A stretch of DNA of 64,000 bases from Eledone cirrhosa (GCA_964016885.1 OZ024741.1:154876001-154940000), one strand, 5' to 3'; counted from the stretch's first letter, positions 37,231 through 50,021 are shown. The notes: generated by a model not told the origin, from the letters alone. Program-made: numbers and translations.

Positions 37231-38930
37231 TTAGCAAAAATATTCTATACAGGGTAATACAACAAATTAAAAACTTACCTAATTTATCTTACTTAAAATT
37301 ATGGAAAGGGACTAGTGAGGTTATTGATTGGTTTAAAGAAATTAAATATAACTATAATAATAAGTTTATTCAGCTGGATATTGCTAACTACTATTCATCT
37401 ATCACTCCTAATCTACTGAATAAGGCACTAAATTACGCATTTAAACATACTGACCTAACTAGCAATGAAATGCACATTATATTATCGGCAATGAAAACAT
37501 TGATAGAATTTAATAACCAACTCTGGACTAGGGCAGATAGAAATAATAATTCCGACATAACTATGGGATCATCAGACTCAGCTCAGGTAACGGACCTTGT
37601 GGGCCTATTTATAATTAATTCGCTACATAGAAAAATACCAGGTGTAACCGGAGGCTTATATCGTGATGACATGCTTTTACTTATACAAAATAATAGCTGT
37701 GAACTAAATAGGAAAAGAAAACAAATTATACAATTTTTTAATTACCATAATCTAAAAGTAGAAATAGAGAATAACCATAAAATAGTCAATTTTCTTGACG
37801 TAACACTAAATCTCAACACACGTCTTCATTATCCATTTCACAAACTAAATGAGAACTTGAATTATGTTAATTTTAACTTTAATCACCCCAGATCTGTTAA
37901 AAATACTATAGTGAACTCTGTTCAAGAAAGAATTTCATTATCCATTTCATTATCCATTTCACAAACTAAATGAGAACTTGAATGATGTTAATTTTAACTT
38001 TAATCACCCCAGATCTGTTAAAAATACTATAGTGAACTCTGTTCAAGAAAGAATTTCAAGAATTTCATCTAATAAAAATATATTTGATGAAAAAGCGCAG
38101 TATTACAACGAAGCGTTAGGTAGAGCTGGATATAGAAATGAAATTAAATACATTGATAATAATAATAATAAGCAAACTAACCAAAATAATAACAATTTTA
38201 ATTATGGTAACAACTTTAGCAACTATAATAGAAAACATTACAATAATTCCAAAAGCCGAAAAAGAAATAGAACTAGAAACATATTATGGTTTGCTCCCCT
38301 TTCTCACTAAATATTAAAACCCCTATTGCTAAACTATTCTTTAAAGCTCTTGACAAACGCTTCCCTAGAACACATAAATATTACTCAATTTTTAATAGAC
38401 ACACTATAAAATTAACTTACTTCGTCCACCAAAAATTTAGCACAAAATATTAATAGAATTAATAATAGAAATTTAAAACCTAACGAAAATACCAATAATA
38501 ACCCAAGCAATATTCAATTGAATAACTGTAACTGTAGAAATAAATCTAACTGTCCGTTAAATAACAACTGCTTAGCTAAAAATGTAGTGTACAATTGTAA
38601 TGTTAAAACTAATTTAAGTTCGTTTAACTATGTTGGTTCTACCTCGACTGAATTTAAATTTCGCTTCAATAATCATAAAAATTCTTTCACAGATCCAAAC
38701 AAAAAATCTTCAACTTCGCTATCTAGCCTACTATGGGACCTAAAACGAGATAATGTTAAATATTCGATGACTTAGAATATTATTTCATAAGCCACTCCTT
38801 TTAATTCCTCTTCAGAAAATTGTGATCTTTGTATTGAAGAAATATTCTTTATATTAAAGTCCAAAAATTCTCTTAATTTAAGGAACAATTTATTCAGTTG
38901 CTGCAGACATAGATTGAACTCAACGTTTAA
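37230..38930 (+). pseudogene. PLE reverse transcriptase plus GIY-YIG endonuclease, disrupted
   Basis: FIQLDIANYYSSIT, DITMGSSDSAQVTDLVGL, GLYRDDML, VNFLDVTLNL, RNILWFAP, CxCx5C linker, VVY..YVG..R..H. Internal duplication of about 110 bp (37825-38057), frameshifts and stops. Confidence 0.92.
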
Positions 38931-40036
38931 ATATAAATATAAATTTAAAATATAGTATAATTAATTAAGTAATTTAGTTAATATATAAAACCTGTCGATA
39001 AATCATTAGATTCCTTCACCTTTTTCTTTTTAAACTTTCTTCCTAAATATAAACATAGATATAATAAACTACTTTAAAATGTCTATACTTACAATATCTT
39101 AAATAAAATATGTGTAGGATAAATTTCTATACTAAATATAAGGATATCTATAGAATCCTTGGTTTTTAAAATCTTTTAAATTTTTGAATTTTAAAAATGT
39201 TTTAATTCTTTTTGAAATTTTTTTGAAATTTTTAGATCTTTAAATTTTTAAATTTTAAATTATATTGATATAATATTTATTTAACTTTTATTTTATTTTA
39301 TTTTATTTTTATTTTTATTTATTTTTATTAGTTTTGCTTTGATTGTGATAGCTTCTCATAGTTCTCATAAGTCTACCCTTTCAATATCTTGATTGAAATA
39401 TAAGTAGGATAATTTTCTATACTAAATATATGAAACATATTATTTTAACTTAAGATACTCTATAGTGTTTTAAAGTTATTTTATGCTTTGACATTTCTAG
39501 AATTCGTTTGTCCTTTTGACTGTATTGATATAGTTGTATTTCCAAAATATAATCCTTTGGTATTTTAAATTTATATTGGTATAATTATATTTCCAAAGTA
39601 TAATCCTTAGTAATATATTGATATTTGATTATCTCTATACAAAAGTATATGTGTGTATTAACATGCATATAAAAGTGTTATAGGTTTTTTATGATTGTAT
39701 TTATGTCTGTATGTATACATGAGCGATGCATGATGACGCACGCAGATATTTATTTATACATATATAGGTGTATATGTATATATGTGTGTGTATGTATATC
39801 TGTGGGTAAAAGTTATGTTGCATAACCACGCTGTTTGGATTGCAGAAATGTTAAATGCATGAATGGTAATCATATATATGAAGTCATGAATGTTAATCGT
39901 ATATATTTATGTGTATATATACTGTGAACTTTTTATAACACAAGGAATGTATAGCAGTGATTAAGAGAAATCGTCTGCGCGTTATATGTCTATATTGTTG
40001 ACTTGAGTAAATATAATTTCTATTTTCAGGACGTGC

Positions 40037-40092
<56 letters not shown>

Positions 40093-40667
40093 GTTGTCTT
40101 TGCCTGAGATACTTCTATAGCAATGTGTACATTTTGGAGATTAAACCCAAATTTTGGTATATTGATCTCAAGGTTTAAACTAAACATATAGTCATTATTA
40201 AACAATGTTTAATTTCTCATATTATATATCTATGTCCCATTCATGAATATTAATATTTATATTTTTATTATTCATTTCATATGAATTGTTAACTCAACTT
40301 AACATGACATGACGTAAAGTTTTCATAATCTCCCTCTCTCTCTATATAACATTTCTCTCTCTTGAGTTTTTCTATCTGTCTGTTGACTTAATATCTCTCT
40401 GTTGCTTTCCTCTGTTTTTCTTATTTCTTCCTTTTTTCTTCTTTCTTCCTTTCCTCCTGTCTTTACTTATCTCTTTCTTGTCTTCTCCATGCATCTCTCT
40501 CTCTCCGATACCTCTCCACGTTTTTTCTTTCTCTCCGTCTTTTTCTAATTGTCCTTAACACTATGACTTATTAACGTAATATAAACAAATCACTATCCGG
40601 ATGACTTCCAAAAACAATGGTTGCATTTTAATAGGGTACGTCAAAGCTTATTTGTAAAACTGTTATA

Positions 40668-40742
40668 TATTGTATTTTGTCTGATGAAGGCATACCATAA
40701 TTTAATTTGGTATCCCTGAAATATGTATAATGAAATAAATAT
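40668..40742 (+). ncRNA. Type I HHR, family A
   Basis: tattttgt-CTGATGA-aggcatacca(taatttaatt)tggtatccct-GAAA-tatgta-TA-atgaaata, about 40 nt from the element end. Confidence 0.85.
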
Positions 40743-40866
40743 GGTTTTATAAATATAGTTTCCATTTATTAATATCGTATATATATATATATATATATAT
40801 GTTTTTTAATAAATATATGTGTATATATATATATATATGTATATATTTATGTATATGTTTATGTAG

Positions 40867-41315
40867 TGAAGGCGCATGGCTTAGTGGTTAGGACATTGGC
40901 CTTGCAATGGAAAGGTTGTGAATTCAATTCTCGGACCGGGTGATGTGTTATTTCCTTGAGCAAGACACTTTATTTCACATTGCTCCAATTTACTCAGCTG
41001 TAGAAAAGAGATGATAGGACTGGGGTCCTTATCATTCCACTGCAATGTGGTCGTGGAGGTGCCACTGCAAAAAAGCACCCAGCTCACGCTGTAAAAGTGG
41101 ACGTTTAGGCGCCACGGAAAAAAAGCACCCTGCACTCACTGTAAATGAGGTTGGTGTTAGGAAGGGCATCCAACTGTAGAAATCAAGCCAGAATCAGTTC
41201 TCATATGAGCATGACAAGGTCAGCCGACCGGACACTGCCCACAACAGGACAACCCGTCTAACCCATGCCAGCGTGGAAGAACGGACATAAAAACGGTGAT
41301 GATGATGATGATGAT
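40867..41315 (+). mobile_element. tRNA-head SINE family 1 with long RTE-UTR-like tail
   Basis: Head and core, then gttaggaagggcatccaactgtagaaa...ctaacccatgccagcgtggaa...(GAT)n. Confidence 0.88.
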
Positions 41316-41378
41316 ATTTATGTATGTACATTACTCATTCACCTGACCTTTTTTCGTTAGGGATTATTTGTTCATGTA

Positions 41379-41434
<56 letters not shown>

Positions 41435-41599
41435 AACCCATGCTAACGTAGAAAGTGGACGTTAAACGAAGATGATGATATATATATATGTACACACACA
41501 CGCACACACACACACACATATACATATATATACAGACAGACACACACAGTCACAAACACAAACAGTCTAATCACTCTGCCTCATTTAAAGTTTATCTTC

Positions 41600-41872
41600 T
41601 CTGTCAGCCTGCCTGCAATCCCACTATATACCTTATGCATCCATAGATTACTCAGAGTACTCCTTATAGAATCCACCCATCTTCAACATATTGAACAAGA
41701 CCACCTCCTTGATGGTAATGGGCTCCTGTTCTTTCCACCAATCAAGACCTTAGTCTTCAAGCTTTCTTTCGGGACCCTTGATTTCAGATTTCCCCTCCAT
41801 GCCTGGAATTTTGTCTCCAACACCTGCATAAATATAAGGATCAGATCATCAGCACACAGGAGCGCCCATGGA
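41600..41872 (-). mobile_element. RTE RT fragment
   Basis: PWALLCADDLIL...LETKFQAWRGNL...KTKVL...WSCSIC. Confidence 0.75.
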
Positions 41873-42929
41873 ATGGTGATGGTGGAGGTGGTTGTGGCAG
41901 TGGTGATGGTAATGGTGGTGGTGATGGTAATGGTGATGATGTTGAAATATTGAGGATGGTATGATAATGTGTTTGTGTGTATGTTTGTTTGTTTGTTTGT
42001 GTGTGTGCACATGTGTATGTGTCTGTTTGAATGAATATTTCTGTGTGAATGTGTGTATGTATGTATGTTTGTAGGCAGATATGTATGTATGTATGTTTGT
42101 ATGTTTGTATGTATATATGTATGTGTATGTGTTGTGTGGTATCAAGCTATGCCTTGATATCACATTAATGTACAACACCCCTACAGATGGAAAAGAGTTT
42201 ACAATATTCCACTTTTAACTCTTTCATTACCATATTTCTAATTTTAAAAAAACTGCCTATTATTGGCGTGGTTCAGTAGAGTATGGAACATAATTTAACA
42301 AAGGTTCTTACATAAAATTATGATGAAATGGTTTTAGATAAATATAAACACTTTAAAACAAACCTAGTATTGAAGAAACAAAGTTTGGTTTCATGTAGTT
42401 TGCTATAAAAATGATTAAACATAAAAAAAAACAACTTTAATATATATAATTATGTTGAAAATTGTCTTTTATTTTTATTTTTCCAGGTAAGACATTTTTA
42501 ATCTTCCCATTCTAAGGTAAATATATCTTGTTTCTAAAACTTAAACCAAATGTTTCTTGGTTTCAATTGAAATCTCCTCATAAAAAATAAAAGAGGAAGA
42601 GGCTGTACCAAGGCCAGATTAAAGCAACTAGAAGCCAATGAGAGCCAATGATGTCAAGGGTAAATGCACTAAATTAAGGCCAAAGACATTCTAAAAATTG
42701 TTAAAAGGCATTAAAAAATGTGCTAATACAAAAAAGAAAAAAGGTATGCATTGATTAGATAACAAACATTGTTAGTGAAACATTTAAAATAGATTTTTAA
42801 ATACAAACTATTGACTTACCTTATATTTTTAATCAAAACCAAAGAATTACAAATCAAAGTTTGCTTCGAAGATATGGAATCTGTTGTCAATTTTTTCTGA
42901 TTGTAGGTATCTATTGCTCATATTTTCCA

Positions 42930-44345
42930 CAAAATATCCTTCTGCAATTTGTAACTGAAATAGCAGTTATCAATCATTACACTATATACCATATTTTACA
43001 GATAGAATTTCTCTTGAAGTTTTTAAACTCATATGATTGTGCAATTTTGAATGAAAAATATTTATGACAATAAAAACGTCTTTTCCCATCAGCATTTGAA
43101 TGTGACAAAATAAGGAATGTCTTTAAATGGATTTTCTCTGATAGAATCACTAGACAAAGAAACTTCAATGCAATATAAAATCATATTTGAAACTTCACCC
43201 CAGGGTACCATGTGTAGTTGCTTCCATTGAAAGTCTATTTTAGTTATGGTGTCATCATTTTCATAGAAATGCTTTGCGATGTCTAAAATATTTCATGGGT
43301 TCTAAAGCTGAAATTATCTGGTAGTCACTGCTTAATTTACTGCTCATACTTGATGACAAATTTAATGCATCATTATCATCATCGTTTAACATCTATTTTC
43401 CATGTTAGCATGGGTTAGACAGGTTGTCCCATTTGAAAGAAATCAAGTCAGGTGACTGTATCTTGCTCATAAAAAACTGTTTCTGGTTTGGTTTCAACCA
43501 CTGGATGACCCTAATGCCAACCATAGTTACAGTGTGAGCTGGGTGCTTTTTTTTGTGACACCTACACAACCACTTTACAGTTTTGGACTGGGTACATTTT
43601 ATCATGGCACTGTAGCGACCACTTTACAGTGATGGCTGACTGAGTTTTGTCATGATACCAACATGACCACTTTACGTTATGGGCTGGGTGCTTTTTGTCA
43701 TGGCACCAAAACAATAATTTTACAGAGTGGACTGGGGACTGGAGCAGGGGATGTAAAGGTGTGTGATAAGGGTGGGGTGTTTAGGATGTGGGTGGAGTGT
43801 TAGGGCATGGGAGGTGTATGGAAGGAGGAGGGAGGATAGGGGTTAAGTGGTGCATACTAGATGTATGCTTCAACCTGTGCGTATGGGAAAGTTGGTCTTC
43901 TGTATTACAGCAAAACGCCAAAGTTGCAATTGTACAAGGTCAGCTTTTATCACCTTTTCTGCATTTTATTTTCTGCTTGTTGAGGAAACTTGGGAGAGTT
44001 CATTTTCAAATTGAAAACTGAGGTAGGTTTTGAGGCTTACAAAGTCAAGAAGACAACCATTTTGCTTAAATGATTTCATGGTATAAGATTGATTATACTA
44101 AGAGGATTTATAAAATACTGTAGACCACTCAATAACTTATCCTGATTTTGTATTTGAGTCTCAAAAACTCTTTGCATTTGGGGAATGATTTGCTTAAAAA
44201 AACAGTTCTTGTCGTTACACAAAGTATACAGAATTTCAGCTGTATGGCATCTGCCTATATTTCTGACTATGCTAAACTGACTATGTAGTTCAACCATCTG
44301 CTTAAATATTTTTGTAACAACAACTTCAATTGACAATAGGTAGTG
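42930..44345 (-). pseudogene. Decayed hAT-like transposase, interrupted by an RTE-UTR-type repeat at 43370-43956
   Basis: Ordered remnants LLSIEVVVTKIFKQMVEL (TRWLS..V.RIL.QW.EL-like), CHTAEILY, TYLSFQFE, LPDNF, KIDFQWKQL, ENPF and LILSHSNADGKR (LPHSNA.VER-like dimerisation motif). Confidence 0.65.
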
Positions 44346-45449
44346 ATGCTTTTTCTTCCAACACCTCCGAACACAATGATATGGGTATATTTTATTTCCT
44401 TTCACTTCTTTCATAGATTTTCATTCCATCTTGGAACACAAACATGTGTGTTTTATTTCCCTTCATCTCTTCCATAGATTTTCCATCTATCTCATGCACA
44501 GAATGATATGTGTATGTTATATTAGCTCTCCTCTCTTCCATAATTTTTCCTTCCATTTTCTCCCAACTTAATTTCAGCCATATTGAAATATTTCTATTTT
44601 AGCAACAGCTTGAATAATCTTGCTGTTCTTGATTAACAAACTATGATATTACAACGATTTTACAATATTACAATGTACAATGATATTACAATATTACAAC
44701 GATATTATGATATTACATTTATAAAAATCACTATATTTTCGGTGGCAACTTTTATGTATTATTTTTCCAAGTATTTTTTTCCTGTTTGGGTGGTGATGGA
44801 GGTAGTTTCTATTTTTGGCTTCTTTTATGTATTTGTATTTTTTTTAGCTGTGTTTTAACTATATTTTTGGCTGATTTTTGGCTGTATGTTTGTGGTAGTT
44901 TTTTTTTTTTTTTTTTTATTCTTACTGGTTTTTGATAATATTTTTTACCATTTACTTTGGCTGTATTTTTTGTTGTTTTTTTTCTACTGTTTTTTTTCTG
45001 TATTTTCCACTGCTTTTTGGTTAAATATTTGGTGCATTTTTTTCTGCTGCGAGTATTTTCTATATCTTTTGCTGTTCTTTTTGTTATTTCTTTTTGTTTC
45101 AATTATGCATATAACGAAAATAATATCAAAAAGTATATAACTTCTTCACTTGAGGAAAAATAAGGTAAAATAAATATTTATTTATTTATTTATTTGGCTG
45201 TTTATTTTGTTAAAAACTAGCGCATGAAAATTACAAGTAAAACATATCCTTGGGCAAGTTTCCTTTCTACATCAGTATATACACATATATACATACATAT
45301 TTGTATACTCTGTCTATCTCTCTCCCTCTCTCATACAGACATACACACATACACACTCATGTATATATGTGTGTTTGTATATATGTATGTCTATATATGT
45401 GTATGTATATATGTATAAATATGGTATAAATATATAAATAAATATATAT

Positions 45450-45782
45450 ATAGTGGTTAGAGCATTGGCCTTTCAATCAAAAGGTTGTGAGTTCCATTCT
45501 CAGACCGAGTGATGTGTTGTTTCCTTGAGCAAGACGCTTTATTTCACATTGCTCCAGTTTACTCAGCTGTAGAAATAAGATGATAGGGACTGGGGGTCCA
45601 TATCATTCCACTGCAAAGTGGTCGTGGAGGTGCCACGGCAAAAAAGCACCCAGCACTCACTGTAAATGAAGTTGGTGTTAGGAAGGGCATCCAGCTGTAG
45701 AAATCAAGCCAGAATCAGTTCCCGTCCCACCCTTGCAAGCAGGGAAAAGTGGACATAAAATGAAATGATGAAATGATGATGA
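45450..45782 (+). mobile_element. SINE family 1, tail type A
   Basis: Near-identical to 25200-25520. Confidence 0.88.
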
Positions 45783-45876
45783 TATATATGTACAAGGTAA
45801 ACAGAAATAACAACTAAATCGGTACAGTATATGGAAGGTATATATTAGGTTAACGCTTGATATAGCATGAAGAGGG

Positions 45877-45913
45877 TCTTAACGTTTCGGACACTAGTCC
45901 TTCATCAGTAGAA
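45877..45913 (-). ncRNA. Minimal HHR-like motif, family G
   Basis: Minus: CTGATGA-aggac(tagt)gtcc-GAAA-cg-TT; stem I weak. Confidence 0.6.
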
Positions 45914-46148
45914 AGAATGAAAAATAAAATAGATTGAGGGGACGGGTGGTGTGGAATTGGAAAAAATGTCTTTAGATAAAAATAACAGGTCCATTCATGT
46001 TGACATCTCTTGCAAAACTGTTGGTGCTGGCGATTTGTGTATGATTTGTTTTTTAGAAAAGTGGATGATGGAGCGCGTCTACCTGAAATGGAAAAAAAAA
46101 ACGTTTTGTAAAAAGAGCTATACTTGTGCACATGCGTAAGCATGAGTT

Positions 46149-46228
<80 letters not shown>

Positions 46229-46804
46229 TGTGTGTGTTATTATAGGTCCGTATGAAGCTAAGAAGAAATGTGTGTATATGTGAGTAAAAGAGTGTGTGTG
46301 CATGTAAGTACGAAGCTATGAGCAAAAGTATGTTAATATAAGGGTGTGTATCGGCATGTATTAAGAGAAAGCGATAGGAATCTAGGGGTGTGATAATGGA
46401 CGGGGTATTAGATATATATGATATATATATATAATTATTTAACATCCGTTTTTCATTCTAGCAAGGGTTGGACAGGTCATTATTGATTGAGTCAGTACTT
46501 AAGCTGGGCTACTGACCCCTCAGATGTTCTAGGAGTTCACATCTCACTTACATACAATCCCATGCTCAACTGGTGCATTTTATCATGGCACCACCACTAG
46601 GGTGGTTGTTATGTCTTTGACACAACAACTGAAGGCTTCTCTTGACCCTTTATGGCCTGGTCCCTAGTCTCTATAGCAGGGTGTCTTTCCTATTGCCAAC
46701 CACCTTACACAGTGTACTGGATATATTTTCATAGCACCAGCACTAGCGAGGTTGTTGGTTATTGTCCCAACTGAAGAGCCCTCTTTGCTCTGCCTGCATT
46801 ATAT

Positions 46805-46854
<50 letters not shown>

Positions 46855-47374
46855 TTAACCTTTATTTTTTCACTGTTGCATGGGTTAGATATATAAACAC
46901 ATATTTTGAATGAATGTTAGTTGAATGTTAACAGCATCAGTGTAGGTTTTTGACTATGAGTTATGCATATAAGTTAAGCATATAAGTTCCTACCCTAGAG
47001 AGAGAAAAAAGTGAACAGTGTTACCTGTGAAACCTGAACTCACACAAGTCATATACCTGTATTGAAGCTGTTAAATTTAAGCTAACATACATTCAAAATT
47101 TATAATCCACTCAATGGTTCTAAAAACAGATTATTCATTTACATACTGGTTGATTGATAAGGCTTAAATAACAGGGAAATAATTATGAACCTGCTTTGAT
47201 GCAATTGGTAGCAGGCAACACTGTCCCTTTTATTCTGTCTCTATGGGTTTATATCCCCAACTTTTCATAATAAAAACCTGTGTTGAAGTTGTTAACTTTA
47301 AGCTAACTTACATTCAAAATTCATAATCTGTTCAATGGTTCTAAAAATATGATTGTTCATATATATATATATAT

Positions 47375-47588
47375 GTGTGGCTGATTGGTTAGAGAACTGG
47401 ATTTGCAATCGTGAGGTTGTCAGTTCGATTCCTGGACCGGGCGATGCATTATGTCCTCGAGCAAGACACTTTATTTCATGTTGTTCCTTCTATGTGGAGT
47501 TGCAACCGATAGACAGCATTAGCAATTGGAAAGACCAACAGAAACATTGTTTCCTCGGGTCCGAATTGACGAAAGTCGATCGACAAAT

Positions 47589-47592
<4 letters not shown>
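47375..47592 (+). mobile_element. SINE family 1, tail type C
   Basis: Homologous to 9290-9503; ends in (TA)n. Confidence 0.85.
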
Positions 47593-47656
<64 letters not shown>

Positions 47657-47781
47657 ATGTATATATATATATGTGTGTGTGTATATATATATATATTAAA
47701 AAGTAAACAGAAATAACAAACCAAACGACACAGTACAATGAAGAAGTATAGTAGTATAATGTCTGAAATAATAGGAAAAGA

Positions 47782-47818
47782 GTCATAATGTTTCGGACAC
47801 TGGTCCTTCATCAGAAGA
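47782..47818 (-). ncRNA. Minimal HHR-like motif, family G
   Basis: Minus: CTGATGA-aggac(cagt)gtcc-GAAA-ca-TT. The terminus gtaaacagaaataacaa is shared with 45797. Confidence 0.55.
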
Positions 47819-48567
47819 TAGAATGAGAAATAAAAGATGAATTAAAAAGATAGAGAGTGAGAATAAGAAGGTATGGAAAAATATGAGAAAAAACCATGTG
47901 TATTCAGTCAGGCATTATGTATGTATGTGTGTGTATGCGCGTGTGTGTGAGTACATAATGACATTGTTTTAATGCCCAGTCAATTACAACACTTAACTTA
48001 TTTCCAATCCATTTGAAAAGTGTTGTGTAATATCTGGGTGATGACATTGGAATGCCTGTAACAGACATAGAAATCTAACAATCAATCATAGATATCTGTG
48101 ATTGATCACATCCAATGGTATTGGAAATATATCAAACAAGACACCAGCTTATAATTTACTTTTATTGACAAACAAGCAAAACAAGAACAAAAAAGAAAAG
48201 AAGAAAATATGTAAATTTTGTAAAGTTTATAGCGAGTTACAGTCTTTTGAAGACTGACATGGTAAATTCCTTTTGCTCGCTCTCCTTAACCCTCTCTCTT
48301 TTTTTTTATCACTCTTTCTCTCGCACTCTCCCTCTCCCACTTTCTCTCTCATTTATTTCTCCTCAATATTGTTTATGTATTTGTATATACGTATATATAT
48401 CTGCTTAACACTCTATTGAAATACTAAGACTCATATGTATATACACACACATACACACATATATACACTCATATGACTGGTTACTTAATTCGGATCTAGC
48501 TGTCGAAACGGCTGGAGCTCAGCTATCGAGGTCCTGAATCTTTTCATATTACACACACACACACATA

Positions 48568-49416
48568 TCATCATCATCATCATCAACGTTTAACGTCCGT
48601 GTTCCACGCTTGCATGGGTTTGGACGGGGGTAGTCCCACTTGAGGCAAGAGTGATTGTCTTGCTCGCATAGGACTGTCTGGCAGGTTTTCTACAGTTGGA
48701 TGCCCTTCCTAACACCAACCACATTTACAGTGTGGGTCTGGGAGGTTTTTACCGTGTTGCCTACACGGCCACATTACAGCGTGGACTGTGTGTTTTTTTT
48801 TGTCGTGACACCTACACGATCTCATTTGTTTCGGCCTGGATGGCGCGGCACCAACATAACTTTACATAGAACGGGGTGGTGTGGATGGGGTGGGGGTGGT
48901 GGCGGGACGGGGTGTAGTTTGTTAGAGATGCCTACTGGCAAGGCGGGTCTTCTCTGTTACTGAGTACCGCCAAAGGTCACGGTCCAGTGACATTGTCTTG
49001 GAGAGGTGTAAGTGTGTGAGGTCGGAGTTTATCAGCTCATCCCATGTTTTTCTAGGTCTGCCTATTCCGTGGCTACCGTCTATCTTTATTGCCCTGCACT
49101 TTGTAATACAGCTATCGACTTTCATGCGCATCACGTGTCCATACCAACGCAGCCTTCTCTCGAGTAAACAACATCTGATCCCTCTTATCTCTAATTTTTT
49201 CCTTAGTTCGTTTATGCTTTGCCGTTCACGTATATTACTGTTACACATCCAGCGGAGCATGCAAGCTTCGTTCCTCTCTAGTCTGCATATATCCTCTGCA
49301 CACAATGCCCAGGTCTCACTACCATGCAACATTGCTGTTCGTATGCAGGCATCGTACAACCTGCCTTTCATTTTTAGGGAGAACCCTTTAGCAGCTAATA
49401 GTGGTATAAGCTCTCT
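48568..49416 (-). mobile_element. RTE LINE 3' fragment
   Basis: RELIPLLAAKGFSLKMKGRLYDACIRTAMLHGSETW...GRPRKTW in an open frame, with UTR and (GAT)n tail. Confidence 0.92.
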
Positions 49417-49638
49417 ATATATTATATATATATACATACACACACACACACATAATGTGCTCACCCAGACATGTATATATACTTATATATCAAAATCATA
49501 TATATATTGTTTTATTCTTTTACTGGTTTCAGTCATTAGACTGCAGCTATGCTGGGGCACTGCCCTGGCTTGGTTGATCATATCAAATCCAGTACTAATA
49601 TTTTCAAATCTGGTTCTTATTTTATTGATCTGTTCTTC

Positions 49639-49691
<53 letters not shown>

Positions 49692-50021
49692 GCACAACAG
49701 ATTTTTGTAGTTTTTTCCCTCTACCCCTTCACTGTCAATACACAACATCCACTCCTAATACACTCCCCCTACTCCAAAAAAACAGGACCTTCTATCCCAT
49801 ATATATAACATATTATATAATATAATATATTAAATGCTGTAATATCAGCAACATGGGGGCAATCTAAATGAAACAAAACTGTATAGAGCTATGTTTGAAG
49901 CTAAATTTTAATTCTATTCTGTTATAAGTTGAGCCAACCTATACAGCTTTATATGCAAATGAGATTAATCACCTTATTTACACAGGCGAAAAAGCTATAT
50001 ATTTTTGCCTGTTTTCAAAGT

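Larger units (their letters stand above)
34748..40782 (+). mobile_element. 5'-truncated Penelope-like element A with 2.5-kb inverted duplication; arms 34748-37230 and 38289-40782
   Basis: The arms are reverse complements with few differences. The spacer encodes PLE RT; the arms hold GIY-YIG, a long UTR and a terminal HHR. Confidence 0.93.

Noticed and set aside
42820-42955. Minus-strand exon candidate with a perfect GTAAGT donor
   Set aside because: Stops in all frames, and it abuts the hAT relic.
47055-47348. Direct repeats of about 70 bp as LTRs
   Set aside because: Diverged local duplication with no TG..CA ends, PBS or coding sequence.
47565-47590. GAAA-gtcgatcgac palindrome in SINE tail C as a hammerhead
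   Set aside because: No properly placed CUGANGA, stem I or NUH site.
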